Shown: one piece after another, positions 55,290 through 64,000 of the stretch
Layout: each line of letters starts with the position of its first letter
Position numbering within the stretch: position 1 is the first letter of the stretch
Assembly: GCA_050115495.1 (NCBI GenBank)
Contig: JASFQK010000003.1
Span: 32,001 to 96,000 of the forward strand
Source: Phycisphaerae bacterium
GTDB taxonomy: Bacteria; Planctomycetota; Phycisphaerae; UBA1845; Fen-1342
Reading direction: 5' to 3'
DNA length: 64,000 bases
Made by a program: the position numbers and the translations under genes
The notes under the pieces: generated by a model
The model's input: only the letters and a program-made list of their open reading frames with translations
Databases searched by the model: none
What the model was told of the DNA's origin: nothing

Positions 55290-56135
55290 ATGGCACTCGG
55301 CAGAATTTTCGGCACACATGGGCGCAAATGGCGCCAGTTCCGTTACGTCTACCCCGTCATCTCTCGCCGCGCCCGCGGCTTGAGCATCGGCGTGAACATT
55401 AACCCCGACGGCGTCTGCAACTACGACTGCGTCTATTGCCAGGTCGACCGCGCCGCGCTGTCACCCACGGGCCCCGTCGACCTCGCCGTCGTCGAGCAGG
55501 AATTGCGCCACGTCCTCACCGCGCGCGACCAGCTCTTCAACGAGCCCGAGTTCGCCCACGTCCCGCCGAACTACCGCCGGCTGAACGACATCGCCTTCTC
55601 CGGCGACGGCGAACCGACCGCGTCGCCCGTCTTCCCCGAGGCCGCGCGTTTGGCCGCCCGGCTTCGCGAAGAATGCCGAGCCCCCGAGGCGAAAATCGTC
55701 GTCATCACGAACGCCTGCTTCCTCACCCGGCCGGCCGTCGCCGACACGCTCGCCTTCCTCGACGATCACAACGGCGAGATCTGGGCGAAGCTCGACGCCG
55801 GCACCGAGGCGTATCAGCAGCGCATCAACCGCTCGCGCCACACACTGACGCACGTCCTGGAGAACATCCAGACGGTGGCCCGCGCACGCCCGATCGTGAT
55901 TCAGTCGCTCTTCCTCCGCCTCGACGGCGAACCACCCGCACCGACCGAAATCGCTGCGTACGTGGACCACCTGCGCGCTATCGTCGCCGCCGGCGGCAAG
56001 ATCTCGCTCGTCCAGATCTACACCGTCGCCCGCAAGCCCGCAGTTGACACCGTCACCCCACTGACTGCCGATGAGCTCGAAGCCATCGCCACCGACGTCC
56101 GCAACCTCGGCCTGCGCGCTGAGTGCTACGCCTGA
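55290..56135 (+). CDS. Radical SAM protein
   Basis: YVYPVISRRARGLSIGVN, CNYDCVYCQV, FSGDGEPT, KLDAG. Confidence 0.9.
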   Translation: MALGRIFGTHGRKWRQFRYVYPVISRRARGLSIGVNINPDGVCNYDCVYCQVDRAALSPTGPVDLAVVEQELRHVLTARDQLFNEPEFAHVPPNYRRLNDIAFSGDGEPTASPVFPEAARLAARLREECRAPEAKIVVITNACFLTRPAVADTLAFLDDHNGEIWAKLDAGTEAYQQRINRSRHTLTHVLENIQTVARARPIVIQSLFLRLDGEPPAPTEIAAYVDHLRAIVAAGGKISLVQIYTVARKPAVDTVTPLTADELEAIATDVRNLGLRAECYA

Positions 56136-56141
56136 CCGCGC

Positions 56142-56226
56142 GTTGAAAAAGGGGACTGGCTCCGCGCCTGATCCGCCTCTGACGGCGCTGCAGCGCCTTC
56201 CCGCGGTGCCTGTCCCCTTTTTCAAC
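56142..56226. repeat. Inverted-repeat element, copy 3
   Basis: GTTGAAAAAGGGGACTGGCTCCG...CGGTGCCTGTCCCCTTTTTCAAC. Confidence 0.85.
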
Positions 56227-56277
56227 CGCCCGCCCGCCACCTTGTCACCCCGAGGCCCTCGCGTCACACTGCCCGCG

Positions 56278-57876
56278 ATGCGCACATTGGCGGGGATCGT
56301 GTTCGGCGTATTCCTGGCGCTCGCCGCCGGGCTGGTCGCATTGTGTTTCGTCTGCCCGCTCGCAACGGTCTTGCGCGAGATCGTGACCGCGTCGGACTGG
56401 TCGGAGGCGGCACTCGGTCCACGACGCTGGGGCCTCGTGCTGCGTGGGATCATCATCGCCGGCGGCGCGGGCCTGCTGGCGCAGATCCTCGGCGCGGGCT
56501 TGGCCGCCGGTCTGACGGTCGAGCGGCGCACGCGAACGGGCGGCCTGACCGTCTGGGCCTGCCTGCTCATTCTGCTCACACCACCCTATATCTACGCCTA
56601 CGCCTGGAGCCTCGTCGTCCTACCCGGCGGTGTGGTGACCGGCGCCGCCGGCGGAACACGCTGGCCCGCCATTCTCGCCCACGAAGGCCGAGCCATCTGG
56701 TGCCTGGGCACGTGGACCGCACCCGTGGCGGCGGCCGTGCTCGCCACCGGCTGGCGCCTGGCCGGACGGGCCGCGTATCGGCTGGCCTTGCTCGACGCCA
56801 CGCCCACCCGCGCTTGGTGGCACGCGGCTCGCTCGCCGATGCTCTCCTGGCTCGCCATCAGCCTCGTCGTCACCAGCCTGCTCTCCATCACCGAGCACAC
56901 CGTCTGCGACCTCTGCCAGGCCCCGACCTGGAACACCGAGATCCTCGCCTGCATCCAGAACCAGGTCCCTGGCGAGGGCACGCCTGCCGGTCTCTTCGCC
57001 TGGCCATTGCTCGTTCTGGTGGCGGCGTTGACGCTCGCCCTCTGGCCGTTGCGCGGCGTGCTGGGACGGCTCGGCTCGGCGTTGGCCGACTGGCGCGGCG
57101 TCGCCGAAGCGACGGGCGAGGACGGCCGCCGATGGAGCGGCCGTGCGTGGATCTGGTGGGCCGCAACGCTCGTCATTCTGCTGCTGCCTTGGGCACTTCT
57201 CGTGACCGGCTTGCGTGACGCAGGCGCGCTCCGCCGCGCGTGGACGAGCTTTCCGCGCGAATGGCCCGACGGCCTGCTCTGTGCGGCGGGAGCAGCCGTG
57301 GTTGGCCTGTGGCTCGCGATCGGCGTCGATTTCGTGATGGCAGCCGGACCACGCCGCCTCGGTCACCTCGTTGGCGGCGTCGTGCTGGCCCTCGCGGCGA
57401 TCGTCGCCGTCATGCCCCCGTCACTCGTCGGCGACGCCTTCGCCGCCGCGTACCTGCACTGGCCGTGGCTCAGCGATCACTGGCCGGTGGTGAGCATCGT
57501 GACGGCCGCGCGTTTCGCGCTGCTGGCGATCATCGGCCTGCGACTCGCCGGTCGCCGAGCCGGGCGCGAGCTCACCGGCATGGCCGCCACCGACGGCGCC
57601 GGCCCGCTCACCAGCTACCTGCGCGTCCGCCTGCCGCAGAGCTGGTCCATGCTGGTTACTTGCGGGTTGATCGTCGGCGTGCTCTCGCTCACCGAGGTGC
57701 CGGCCTCGCAACTCGTGCGACCCGCCGGCGTCGAGAGCGTCGCCGTCACCGTCTTCAACGAAATCCACAACGGCCGCAACGACGAGATCATCGCCATGTC
57801 GCTGTACATGATGGTGGGTGTGGCGGTAGTGGTGACGGTCGTGCCGTGGGTGGGCCGCTTACGGCGGCAACGGTAG
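56278..57876 (+). CDS. ABC permease, Fe3+/thiamine-type (FbpB-like), divergent
   Basis: LLTPPYIYAYAW; EAA-like loop MAATDGAG...RVRLP; many TMs. Confidence 0.7.
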   Translation: MRTLAGIVFGVFLALAAGLVALCFVCPLATVLREIVTASDWSEAALGPRRWGLVLRGIIIAGGAGLLAQILGAGLAAGLTVERRTRTGGLTVWACLLILLTPPYIYAYAWSLVVLPGGVVTGAAGGTRWPAILAHEGRAIWCLGTWTAPVAAAVLATGWRLAGRAAYRLALLDATPTRAWWHAARSPMLSWLAISLVVTSLLSITEHTVCDLCQAPTWNTEILACIQNQVPGEGTPAGLFAWPLLVLVAALTLALWPLRGVLGRLGSALADWRGVAEATGEDGRRWSGRAWIWWAATLVILLLPWALLVTGLRDAGALRRAWTSFPREWPDGLLCAAGAAVVGLWLAIGVDFVMAAGPRRLGHLVGGVVLALAAIVAVMPPSLVGDAFAAAYLHWPWLSDHWPVVSIVTAARFALLAIIGLRLAGRRAGRELTGMAATDGAGPLTSYLRVRLPQSWSMLVTCGLIVGVLSLTEVPASQLVRPAGVESVAVTVFNEIHNGRNDEIIAMSLYMMVGVAVVVTVVPWVGRLRRQR

Positions 57877-57882
57877 GGGAGC

Positions 57883-59529
57883 TTACGCCTTCGGAAGCTG
57901 AATGGCCAGCAGCGTCAGGTCGTCCGCGTTCTTCTGGCCGCTCAGATGGTCGCGCACCATGCCCAGCGTCGTTTGCAGCACGCTGTTGGTCGTCGGGTCA
58001 TGCATCGCGGCCATCGCCTGCGACACCGGATCGATGCCGAGCATGTTGCCGCGCGGCCCTTCCGCTTCGTCCAGTCCGTCCGTGTAGAAGAGCACCGCGC
58101 CGGCATGCTCGGCCGGCTTGACGCGCTGCACGACGAACTGCTCGTCCGGCTCAATACCCAGCGGCAGCGAATTCTCATCGGGTGGCGGTCGCCGCTCGCC
58201 GGATCCGACCAGCACCGGTAGCGGGTGGCCGGCGCTAATGAACTCGATCATCCCCGTCGCCGGATCGACATGCCCCACGACGGCGGTAACAAACACGCCC
58301 GGCCCGGTATTGGCGTGCACGAGCCGGTTCAGCCGCTGTGCCAGGGCCGGCAGGGGGGCACCGGCGGTCAGCGCCACGCGCACCGCCGCCTGGAAATTCG
58401 CCATCAGCAGCGCCGCGGCCAGACCGTGACCCGTCACGTCGGCGATGGCGAACGCCACGCGCCCGTTATCCAGCTCGAAGTAGTCGAAGCAGTCGCCGCC
58501 CACCGCGAACGACGGCTCGTTGAAACCGTCGATTACCACCGGCCCCACTTCCAGCGGCGCCGCCGGCAGCAAATCCCGTTGAATGCGCCGGGCCGCCTCG
58601 ATCTCGGCGTACACCTTCTGTGACCGCACGTACTCGTGGAACAGCCGCAGGTTGGCCAGGCCGATGCCCACCTGCTGGGCGATGGCGGCCAGGAAGTCGA
58701 CGTCGGCCGTCGTGTACGTGGCTGCTCCCGTGATCCGGTCGCCATAGATGACGCCGAGAATCTCCTCGCGGTTGAGGATGGGCACGCACAGCGCCGAGCA
58801 GATCGGGAAGCGCACCAGGCTGTCACTGAGGTTGCCCATCAGGTCGGTGGCTGGATTGTTGACCACGGCCCGCTCGCCCTGGAGCAGGGCGCGGTTGATG
58901 AGTGTGCGGCTGACCTTGTACGCCCCGGTCTCATCACGCTCGACGTTGCGCGTCACCGGCAGCTCAGCGTCGCCGCGTGGCGTCTTCAGCACGATCAGTC
59001 CGCGCTCGAATTGCAGCGCCTCGCAGCACGCATCCACCGCCTGTTCGAGTAGTTGCTTGCGATCGAACGCCCCGCCGATCCGTTCCGCCAGGCTCATCAG
59101 CAGCGCCAACCGCTGCCGATTGAGGTCCAGTCCCTTGCTCGACGGATAGAACCGCGTGGTCCCCGCTTGCGTCGGCGAATCCGGCACAAAGACGACCGCG
59201 TCCTCCTCGACCGGTATCGGCGGCGGCGCGTCGAGAATCTGGATGTCGTGCTCGCCGATGCGGATGCGTTGCCGGGCCGGCCGCGTCGCCCCGTGAAACA
59301 GCTCACCGTCGTCGACGCGCGTGCCGTTCTTCGAGTGCGTGTCCGCCACGAGCACCTGCCCGCGCTCGTCGAGCCAGACCTGGGCGTGCTCGCGCGACAC
59401 CTCGCCGTCATTGCGCAGCACGACGTCGCACGTCTCCGCCCGGCCGATCGTCACCGGCCGCGTGGACAGCGCGAACGTACGAGCGGTCCCGTCGCGCAGG
59501 CGAACGCGCATGGAGGGCATAGGCACCAT
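57883..59529 (-). CDS. FHA-GAF-PP2C (SpoIIE) phosphatase
   Basis: FHA IGR...VSREHA...SKNGT; GAF SALCVPI; VGGDCFD, ADVTGHG, AGH, YTDG, DDLT; start uncertain (59511-59529). Confidence 0.9.
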   Translation of the reverse strand: MVPMPSMRVRLRDGTARTFALSTRPVTIGRAETCDVVLRNDGEVSREHAQVWLDERGQVLVADTHSKNGTRVDDGELFHGATRPARQRIRIGEHDIQILDAPPPIPVEEDAVVFVPDSPTQAGTTRFYPSSKGLDLNRQRLALLMSLAERIGGAFDRKQLLEQAVDACCEALQFERGLIVLKTPRGDAELPVTRNVERDETGAYKVSRTLINRALLQGERAVVNNPATDLMGNLSDSLVRFPICSALCVPILNREEILGVIYGDRITGAATYTTADVDFLAAIAQQVGIGLANLRLFHEYVRSQKVYAEIEAARRIQRDLLPAAPLEVGPVVIDGFNEPSFAVGGDCFDYFELDNGRVAFAIADVTGHGLAAALLMANFQAAVRVALTAGAPLPALAQRLNRLVHANTGPGVFVTAVVGHVDPATGMIEFISAGHPLPVLVGSGERRPPPDENSLPLGIEPDEQFVVQRVKPAEHAGAVLFYTDGLDEAEGPRGNMLGIDPVSQAMAAMHDPTTNSVLQTTLGMVRDHLSGQKNADDLTLLAIQLPKA

Positions 59530-59713
59530 CCGCAACACAGGCCGGCCGCGCCGCCACCCGGCCTTTCCGCCGGCCGCAGCACCGCGCAGCCCAACCAGGT
59601 ACACGTTCGGGTCACGCCGCCGGCGGCCCGTGGTGTACCCAAACACCGCTTCTCAGTATAGACGACGCCGGGAAGCGCGGGTAGCGACGGGGGAGGTGGG
59701 GCCGCGGGCGCAG

Positions 59714-59746
59714 AAAAAATCGGCGGCGACGTCCATGCCACCGCCG
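59714..59746 (-). terminator. Intrinsic terminator downstream of dnaA
   Basis: Minus strand CGGCGGTGGC-ATGGAC-GTCGCCGCCG followed by ATTTTTT. Confidence 0.65.
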
Positions 59747-59775
59747 GGGCATCGTGGGTCCGGGCGCTCGGCGGC

Positions 59776-61176
59776 TCAAGCCGAGGTTCGGGCGGCCTGC
59801 ATGATCTCGTGCTCGAGGGTCTGGAGCACGTCCTGCAGGGGCACCTCGCGCAACCCGGACGATGCCGACCAACTGACCGCGCCGTTCTGTTCCAGGATAT
59901 GCTCCATTCGCCGCACGGCCATCAGCACGGTGGAGTGGTTCTTCTTGCCCAGCGTGCGGCCGATCTCCGGGAAACTCATCTGTGTGTGGTTGCGGAGCAA
60001 GTACATCGTCACCGCTCGCGCCAGGCTCGTCGTGCGGTCGCGCAGCTTCGAGTGCACGGCTTCGCGCGACACGCCGAAGTAGTTCGCCACCACACGCTCG
60101 ATATCTTCTGCCTCGGGCGCCGCGTGCGTGTCCACGTAATCGTCGACCGCCATGCGCGCCAGCGCCAGCCCGAACGGCTCCCGCGTCAGCGAGGCCAGGG
60201 CGACAAGCTTGTACAGTGCGCCTTCGAGCGCCCGCACGTTCCGCGTCACCCGCCGCGCCACGAAGTCGAGCACCTCGTCTGGCAACGTCACCTGCATCAG
60301 CGCCGCCCGCCGTCGCAGAATCTCACGCCGCATGCTGAAATCAGGAGCCGTGATCTCGACGACCATGCCGGCGATCAGCCGATTCGTCAGCGGCTCGGCC
60401 AGCGTCGTGATGCTGCGCGGATGCCGGTCCGACGACAGCACGATCGCCTTGCCGGCCGCCTCGATTGCGTTGAACGTGTGCAGGAATTCCTCCTGCGTGG
60501 CTCGCTTGTTCGCCAGGAAGTGGATGTCGTCGATAACGAGCACGTCCACCTTGCGGAAGCGAGCGCGGAACAGGTCCACGCGCCCCGACTTCACCGCCGA
60601 TACGAACGCGTTCGTGAACTCCTCGCCCGAGATGTACCGCCAGTGCAGCGCCGGATGCGCCCGCCGCACACCGTTGCAGATCCCTTGCAGAATATGCGTC
60701 TTGCCCAGACCGCAGCCGCCGTGCAGCACCAGCAGACGCAGCGTCTCGCCCGGATGCTCGATGAGCGTGCGGGCCGCGCTGTACGCCAACTGGTTCGCCG
60801 GACCGACCACCAGCGTGTCCAGGTCGCCGCGCAGCGTCACCGCCGCGGGCGCTGCGTCGCGCTGCGGCGAAACCGGCTGCGGGCGCGGCACCTCGACGGG
60901 CGCCACGGCCGGCGCATTGCGCGGCGGCGTAACCACCTGCACCGCGACGCGCGGCTCGGAACCAAGGACGGCGCGCGTGGCTTCGACCAGGTGTTCCATG
61001 AAGTTCGCCGTGATCCAACTGCTCACAAACGGGCTGCTGACGTGGACCCCGAGTTGATTCCCCTCGAGGGTGAAGCGCGTCGAGTCCCCGAACCACGTGC
61101 GGAACCGGTTCTGGCCGATCCGATCAGCGATCCGCTCCCGAATATGACAGACCTTCTCCGTCGCCGTTGCTTCCAC
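59776..61176 (-). CDS. dnaA: Chromosomal replication initiator DnaA
   Basis: FRTWF domain I, GGCGLGKTH, IDDIHFL, QEEFLHTFN, SDRHP, NVRALEG, SFPEIG...NHSTV. Confidence 0.95.
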   Translation of the reverse strand: MEATATEKVCHIRERIADRIGQNRFRTWFGDSTRFTLEGNQLGVHVSSPFVSSWITANFMEHLVEATRAVLGSEPRVAVQVVTPPRNAPAVAPVEVPRPQPVSPQRDAAPAAVTLRGDLDTLVVGPANQLAYSAARTLIEHPGETLRLLVLHGGCGLGKTHILQGICNGVRRAHPALHWRYISGEEFTNAFVSAVKSGRVDLFRARFRKVDVLVIDDIHFLANKRATQEEFLHTFNAIEAAGKAIVLSSDRHPRSITTLAEPLTNRLIAGMVVEITAPDFSMRREILRRRAALMQVTLPDEVLDFVARRVTRNVRALEGALYKLVALASLTREPFGLALARMAVDDYVDTHAAPEAEDIERVVANYFGVSREAVHSKLRDRTTSLARAVTMYLLRNHTQMSFPEIGRTLGKKNHSTVLMAVRRMEHILEQNGAVSWSASSGLREVPLQDVLQTLEHEIMQAARTSA

Positions 61177-61399
61177 CGTTCACCTCGCTGGCAGATGGCG
61201 CGGCGTTTGCCGATCAATCTTTGCAGCTATAGAAGGTTGTGACGCCGATACTCCGTCGCCTTCGCGTTCATTTGCGAAGGGCGATGATAACACTGCGTCG
61301 GACGACTGGCAACGAGCATTGAGCCGAAAAACAGTGACAGAATCGTAACCCACGCGTTACCAACCGTTGATGAACCAAAAAAGTTCACGCATCAACGGG

Positions 61400-61430
61400 T
61401 TATCCACAACCTATGCTCAACCTGTCCGCA
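61400..61430 (+). promoter_or_regulatory. DnaA box plus two degenerate phased boxes
   Basis: TTATCCACA at 61400-61408; CTATGCTCA at 61411; CTGTCCGCA at 61422. Confidence 0.6.
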
Positions 61431-61447
61431 GGGACCCCCGCAGCGCT

Positions 61448-62383
61448 TCACGCGCACGCCTCTCTCGACTCGCCCCGAAACCGGTACAGCCACGCGTCGC
61501 GCCGCGTTACCGCACGCAAACCGAACGCATCGTAAAGTCGTTTCGCCGGCTCGTTGCGATCGTCCACGACGAGCGTCAGCCGCCGCACGCGCGCCTCACG
61601 CGTTTGCTGTAACGCCCGCCGCAGCAGCAGCGCACCCACGCCCTGGCCGCGACACGCCGGCACGACGCCCATGTAAACGACTTCCAGCGCCGACGTTTGC
61701 GGCAGACGCGACAGCAGCAGGCAACCCGCCGGTCCGTCCGGACGCCACAGCAACTCCCAGTGCCCCGCGTCAAACACGCCGCACGCCTGATGCGCCGCAA
61801 GAATATCGTCGATCGGCCGCAACCCGCCCAGTTCCGGACAATCAAGGCTGTCTTCGTACGTGGCCAGCACCGTCGTCGCAAACGCATCGTGCGTCTCCGC
61901 CGAGAACGTTACCCACTGCGCATCCGTCAGCCGCGGTGGGTCCACCCACGGGTACGTCGCGTCGCGCTGCCGATATACGAGCGGCGCCAGATGTTGGAAA
62001 CCAAGCTCCACGAGCAGGTTACGCTGACCCTCGGCGTCCGGCTGCAACAGCGCTTGCAGATAGTGCAACCGCTCCGGAGCGAGTTCCGCCACCGTTTGCG
62101 CGGCCAGTTCGCGCTGCGCCCGCGGATCGATGCCCAGTTCCCCCGGCGTCGGAAACATGACGATCCCCGTCCGCCCCGGCAGCAGCAGCACGAGCGACAG
62201 CGCCGCCACCTGCGTGCCCACGCAAACGCGCTGTCCCGCCCACGTTACGGGCGTCTGCGCCAGGTATTCCCGGAAGTACTGCACCTGCCCTTCGCCGGCG
62301 AGTTCCCCCGTCCCCGGTGCAGCCAGCAGCCACGCCAGGGCTTCGTCGAGGTCGTCCGCTTGCAGTGTTTCCACGATGGCCAT
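61448..62383 (-). CDS. GNAT N-acetyltransferase (tandem)
   Basis: YMGVVPACRGQGVG...NEPAKRLYDAFG; TYEDSLDCPEL. Confidence 0.85.
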   Translation of the reverse strand: MAIVETLQADDLDEALAWLLAAPGTGELAGEGQVQYFREYLAQTPVTWAGQRVCVGTQVAALSLVLLLPGRTGIVMFPTPGELGIDPRAQRELAAQTVAELAPERLHYLQALLQPDAEGQRNLLVELGFQHLAPLVYRQRDATYPWVDPPRLTDAQWVTFSAETHDAFATTVLATYEDSLDCPELGGLRPIDDILAAHQACGVFDAGHWELLWRPDGPAGCLLLSRLPQTSALEVVYMGVVPACRGQGVGALLLRRALQQTREARVRRLTLVVDDRNEPAKRLYDAFGLRAVTRRDAWLYRFRGESREACA

Positions 62384-62507
62384 GACGCTTCGCCGAAACC
62401 CAGGAATCAACGGTCCCCGTTGGCGGTTATCACTTGCGGCGACAGAATCGCCCACGCTGGCGGTTCAGACCGAAGTTTCGCACCATTGTGCAAAGGAGTA
62501 GCCAGCT

Positions 62508-63164
62508 ATGCAATCCAAGTGGCACCTGGCGGGGATGTCGCTGCTCGTCGTTATCTGCGGAGTGATCCTGCTGAGCGCCGACTCGCCGGCCGCTTACGGG
62601 GAGGACGGCGCCAAGACTGCCGCGGCCGACAAGAAGGAGCCGCCCAAAGTCGGTGACGAAGCGCCCACCTTCGAGCTGAAGGGTACCGACGGCAAGACCT
62701 ATCGCTTGTCCGAATTGCGCGACAAGATCGTCGTCCTCGAGTGGTGCAACCAGGACTGCCCCTACAGCAACTTCAAGACCGGCATCGGCCCCAAGGCCAA
62801 GGAAACGTCAGCACGCTTCGCCGAGCGCGGCGTCGTCTGGCTGGCCGTCGACAGCACGCACTACCAGACGGCGGGGAACGACGCCAAGTACGTCAAGGAC
62901 AACAAGATCCCGCACCCGATCCTCCTCGACCAGGACGGCACCGTCGGCCGCAGCTACGGCGCCAAGACAACCCCGCACCTGTTCATCATCCAGAAGGGCC
63001 GCCTCGTCTACACCGGCGCCTTCGGCACGAACCCGCGCGAGGTCCGCGACCCGGCGAAGCAGCGCTGCTACGTGGACGAGGTCCTGACGGCCCTCCTTGA
63101 CGGAAAGACGCCGCCAGTGTCCACTACCGATAGCTGGGGATGCCCAGTGAAGTACAAGAAATAA
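62508..63164 (+). CDS. Exported redoxin/thioredoxin-family protein
   Basis: AGGAG RBS, signal peptide, APTFELKGTDGK, VLEWCNQDCPY, YGAKTTPH, WGCPVKY. Confidence 0.88.
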   Translation: MQSKWHLAGMSLLVVICGVILLSADSPAAYGEDGAKTAAADKKEPPKVGDEAPTFELKGTDGKTYRLSELRDKIVVLEWCNQDCPYSNFKTGIGPKAKETSARFAERGVVWLAVDSTHYQTAGNDAKYVKDNKIPHPILLDQDGTVGRSYGAKTTPHLFIIQKGRLVYTGAFGTNPREVRDPAKQRCYVDEVLTALLDGKTPPVSTTDSWGCPVKYKK

Positions 63165-63182
63165 CAGGCGCGGGGCCTTTGC

Positions 63183-63674
63183 TTGGACGAGCCTGAACAG
63201 ACGATCGACACCGTCCGGATCACGACACCACCGCGCATATTCCGCGCGTTCCCACTGTTGCTGGTCGGCCTCGCCGCGCTGCTCGCCACCGGCTGCGAGC
63301 CGGGTCTGCGCTGGCGCTTCGGCAGCTTCGACGACGCCCAGGCCCAGGCCCGTAGCGAGCACCGGCTGACGTTCGTCTACTTCCGCAACTGGTACTCGGT
63401 CGACTGCACGAACTTCGAGGAGCACATCCTCAAGCAGCCGGCCGTGCGCGCTGCCGCCGACGCGATGATCTGCGTCTGTTTCGAATTCGACCTGTACCGT
63501 CGTTTGGCCGAGCGCTTCGAGTTGCAGACCGTGCCGTCCTACACCGTCGTCGATCCGAACGGAACCGTTCTCGAACGCGGCCAGGGCGACATGACCGCTG
63601 AGTCTGTCCTGGCCAGCTTCGAGCGGGCCCGTCAGGCATTCACCCCTAACAGCGAGCCGGCGAGAACACCGTGA
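63183..63674 (+). CDS. Thioredoxin-like lipoprotein
   Basis: LATGC lipobox; VYFRNWYSVDC; TVPSY; start uncertain. Confidence 0.7.
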   Translation: MDEPEQTIDTVRITTPPRIFRAFPLLLVGLAALLATGCEPGLRWRFGSFDDAQAQARSEHRLTFVYFRNWYSVDCTNFEEHILKQPAVRAAADAMICVCFEFDLYRRLAERFELQTVPSYTVVDPNGTVLERGQGDMTAESVLASFERARQAFTPNSEPARTP

Positions 63675-64000
63675 AACCGCGAACTGCCCTCGTCGTGACG
63701 CTGGCGGGCCTCTTCGGCGGCCTGGGAGCGTGCGACGGGCAGAGCGCCGGTGCCGGCGGTACCCCGCTCCTCGTCTTCGGCCGTACGGGTGTGGGCCCGG
63801 GGGAATTCACCTATCCCCGCGCCGGGGTGGCCGCCACGGATGGTCGGTTCTACGTCGTCGACAAGGCCGCCCGTATACAGTGTTACACCGGCGAGGGCGA
63901 GTTCGTCCTCGAATGGCGGATGCCCGAAAGCCAGGCCGGCAAGCCGACCGGCCTCGGCATCGACGCCGCCGGGACCGTTTACGCCGCCGACACCCACTAC
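63671..64000 (+). CDS. NHL-repeat lipoprotein, 3'-truncated
   Basis: GTGA overlap; LGAC lipobox; FGRTGVGPGEFTYPR...YVVDKAARIQ...GKPTGL...YAADTHY. Confidence 0.8.
   Translation, partial: MKPRTALVVTLAGLFGGLGACDGQSAGAGGTPLLVFGRTGVGPGEFTYPRAGVAATDGRFYVVDKAARIQCYTGEGEFVLEWRMPESQAGKPTGLGIDAAGTVYAADTHY

Overview
High-GC bacterial chromosomal window, most consistent with Planctomycetota (Phycisphaerae-like). This is inferred from PEP-CTERM proteins, a dockerin-like GDLNCD tail, a prepilin/H-X9-DG protein and a DUF1571-like lipoprotein. Most genes are housekeeping: mntR-like, CDP-alcohol phosphatidyltransferase, dapF, class II nrdJ with NrdR boxes, tRNA-Arg(CCT), a CNNM/CorC pair, sdhAB without an adjacent sdhC, a Ni/Co ECF transporter, ribD, rpmA, surE, priA and dnaA. 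Many exported proteins are also present. The strongest finding is an apparently recoded gene at 29788-31923. An in-frame TGA (29923-29925) sits at the thioredoxin active-site position, just after a signal peptide, and is followed by a bacterial SECIS-like hairpin. This predicts a secreted multidomain selenoprotein (Trx/Omp28-like, TSP3 repeats, dockerin-like) divergent from a secreted tripeptidyl-peptidase II-like protease. Also notable: a PDZ-like insertion in NikMN/CbiMN, three fixed-length inverted-repeat elements with unrelated cores, a candidate minus-strand sRNA, several REP-like families and several apparently leaderless genes. No CRISPR array, integrase or transposase was seen. All calls come from reading the sequence; no searches were run.
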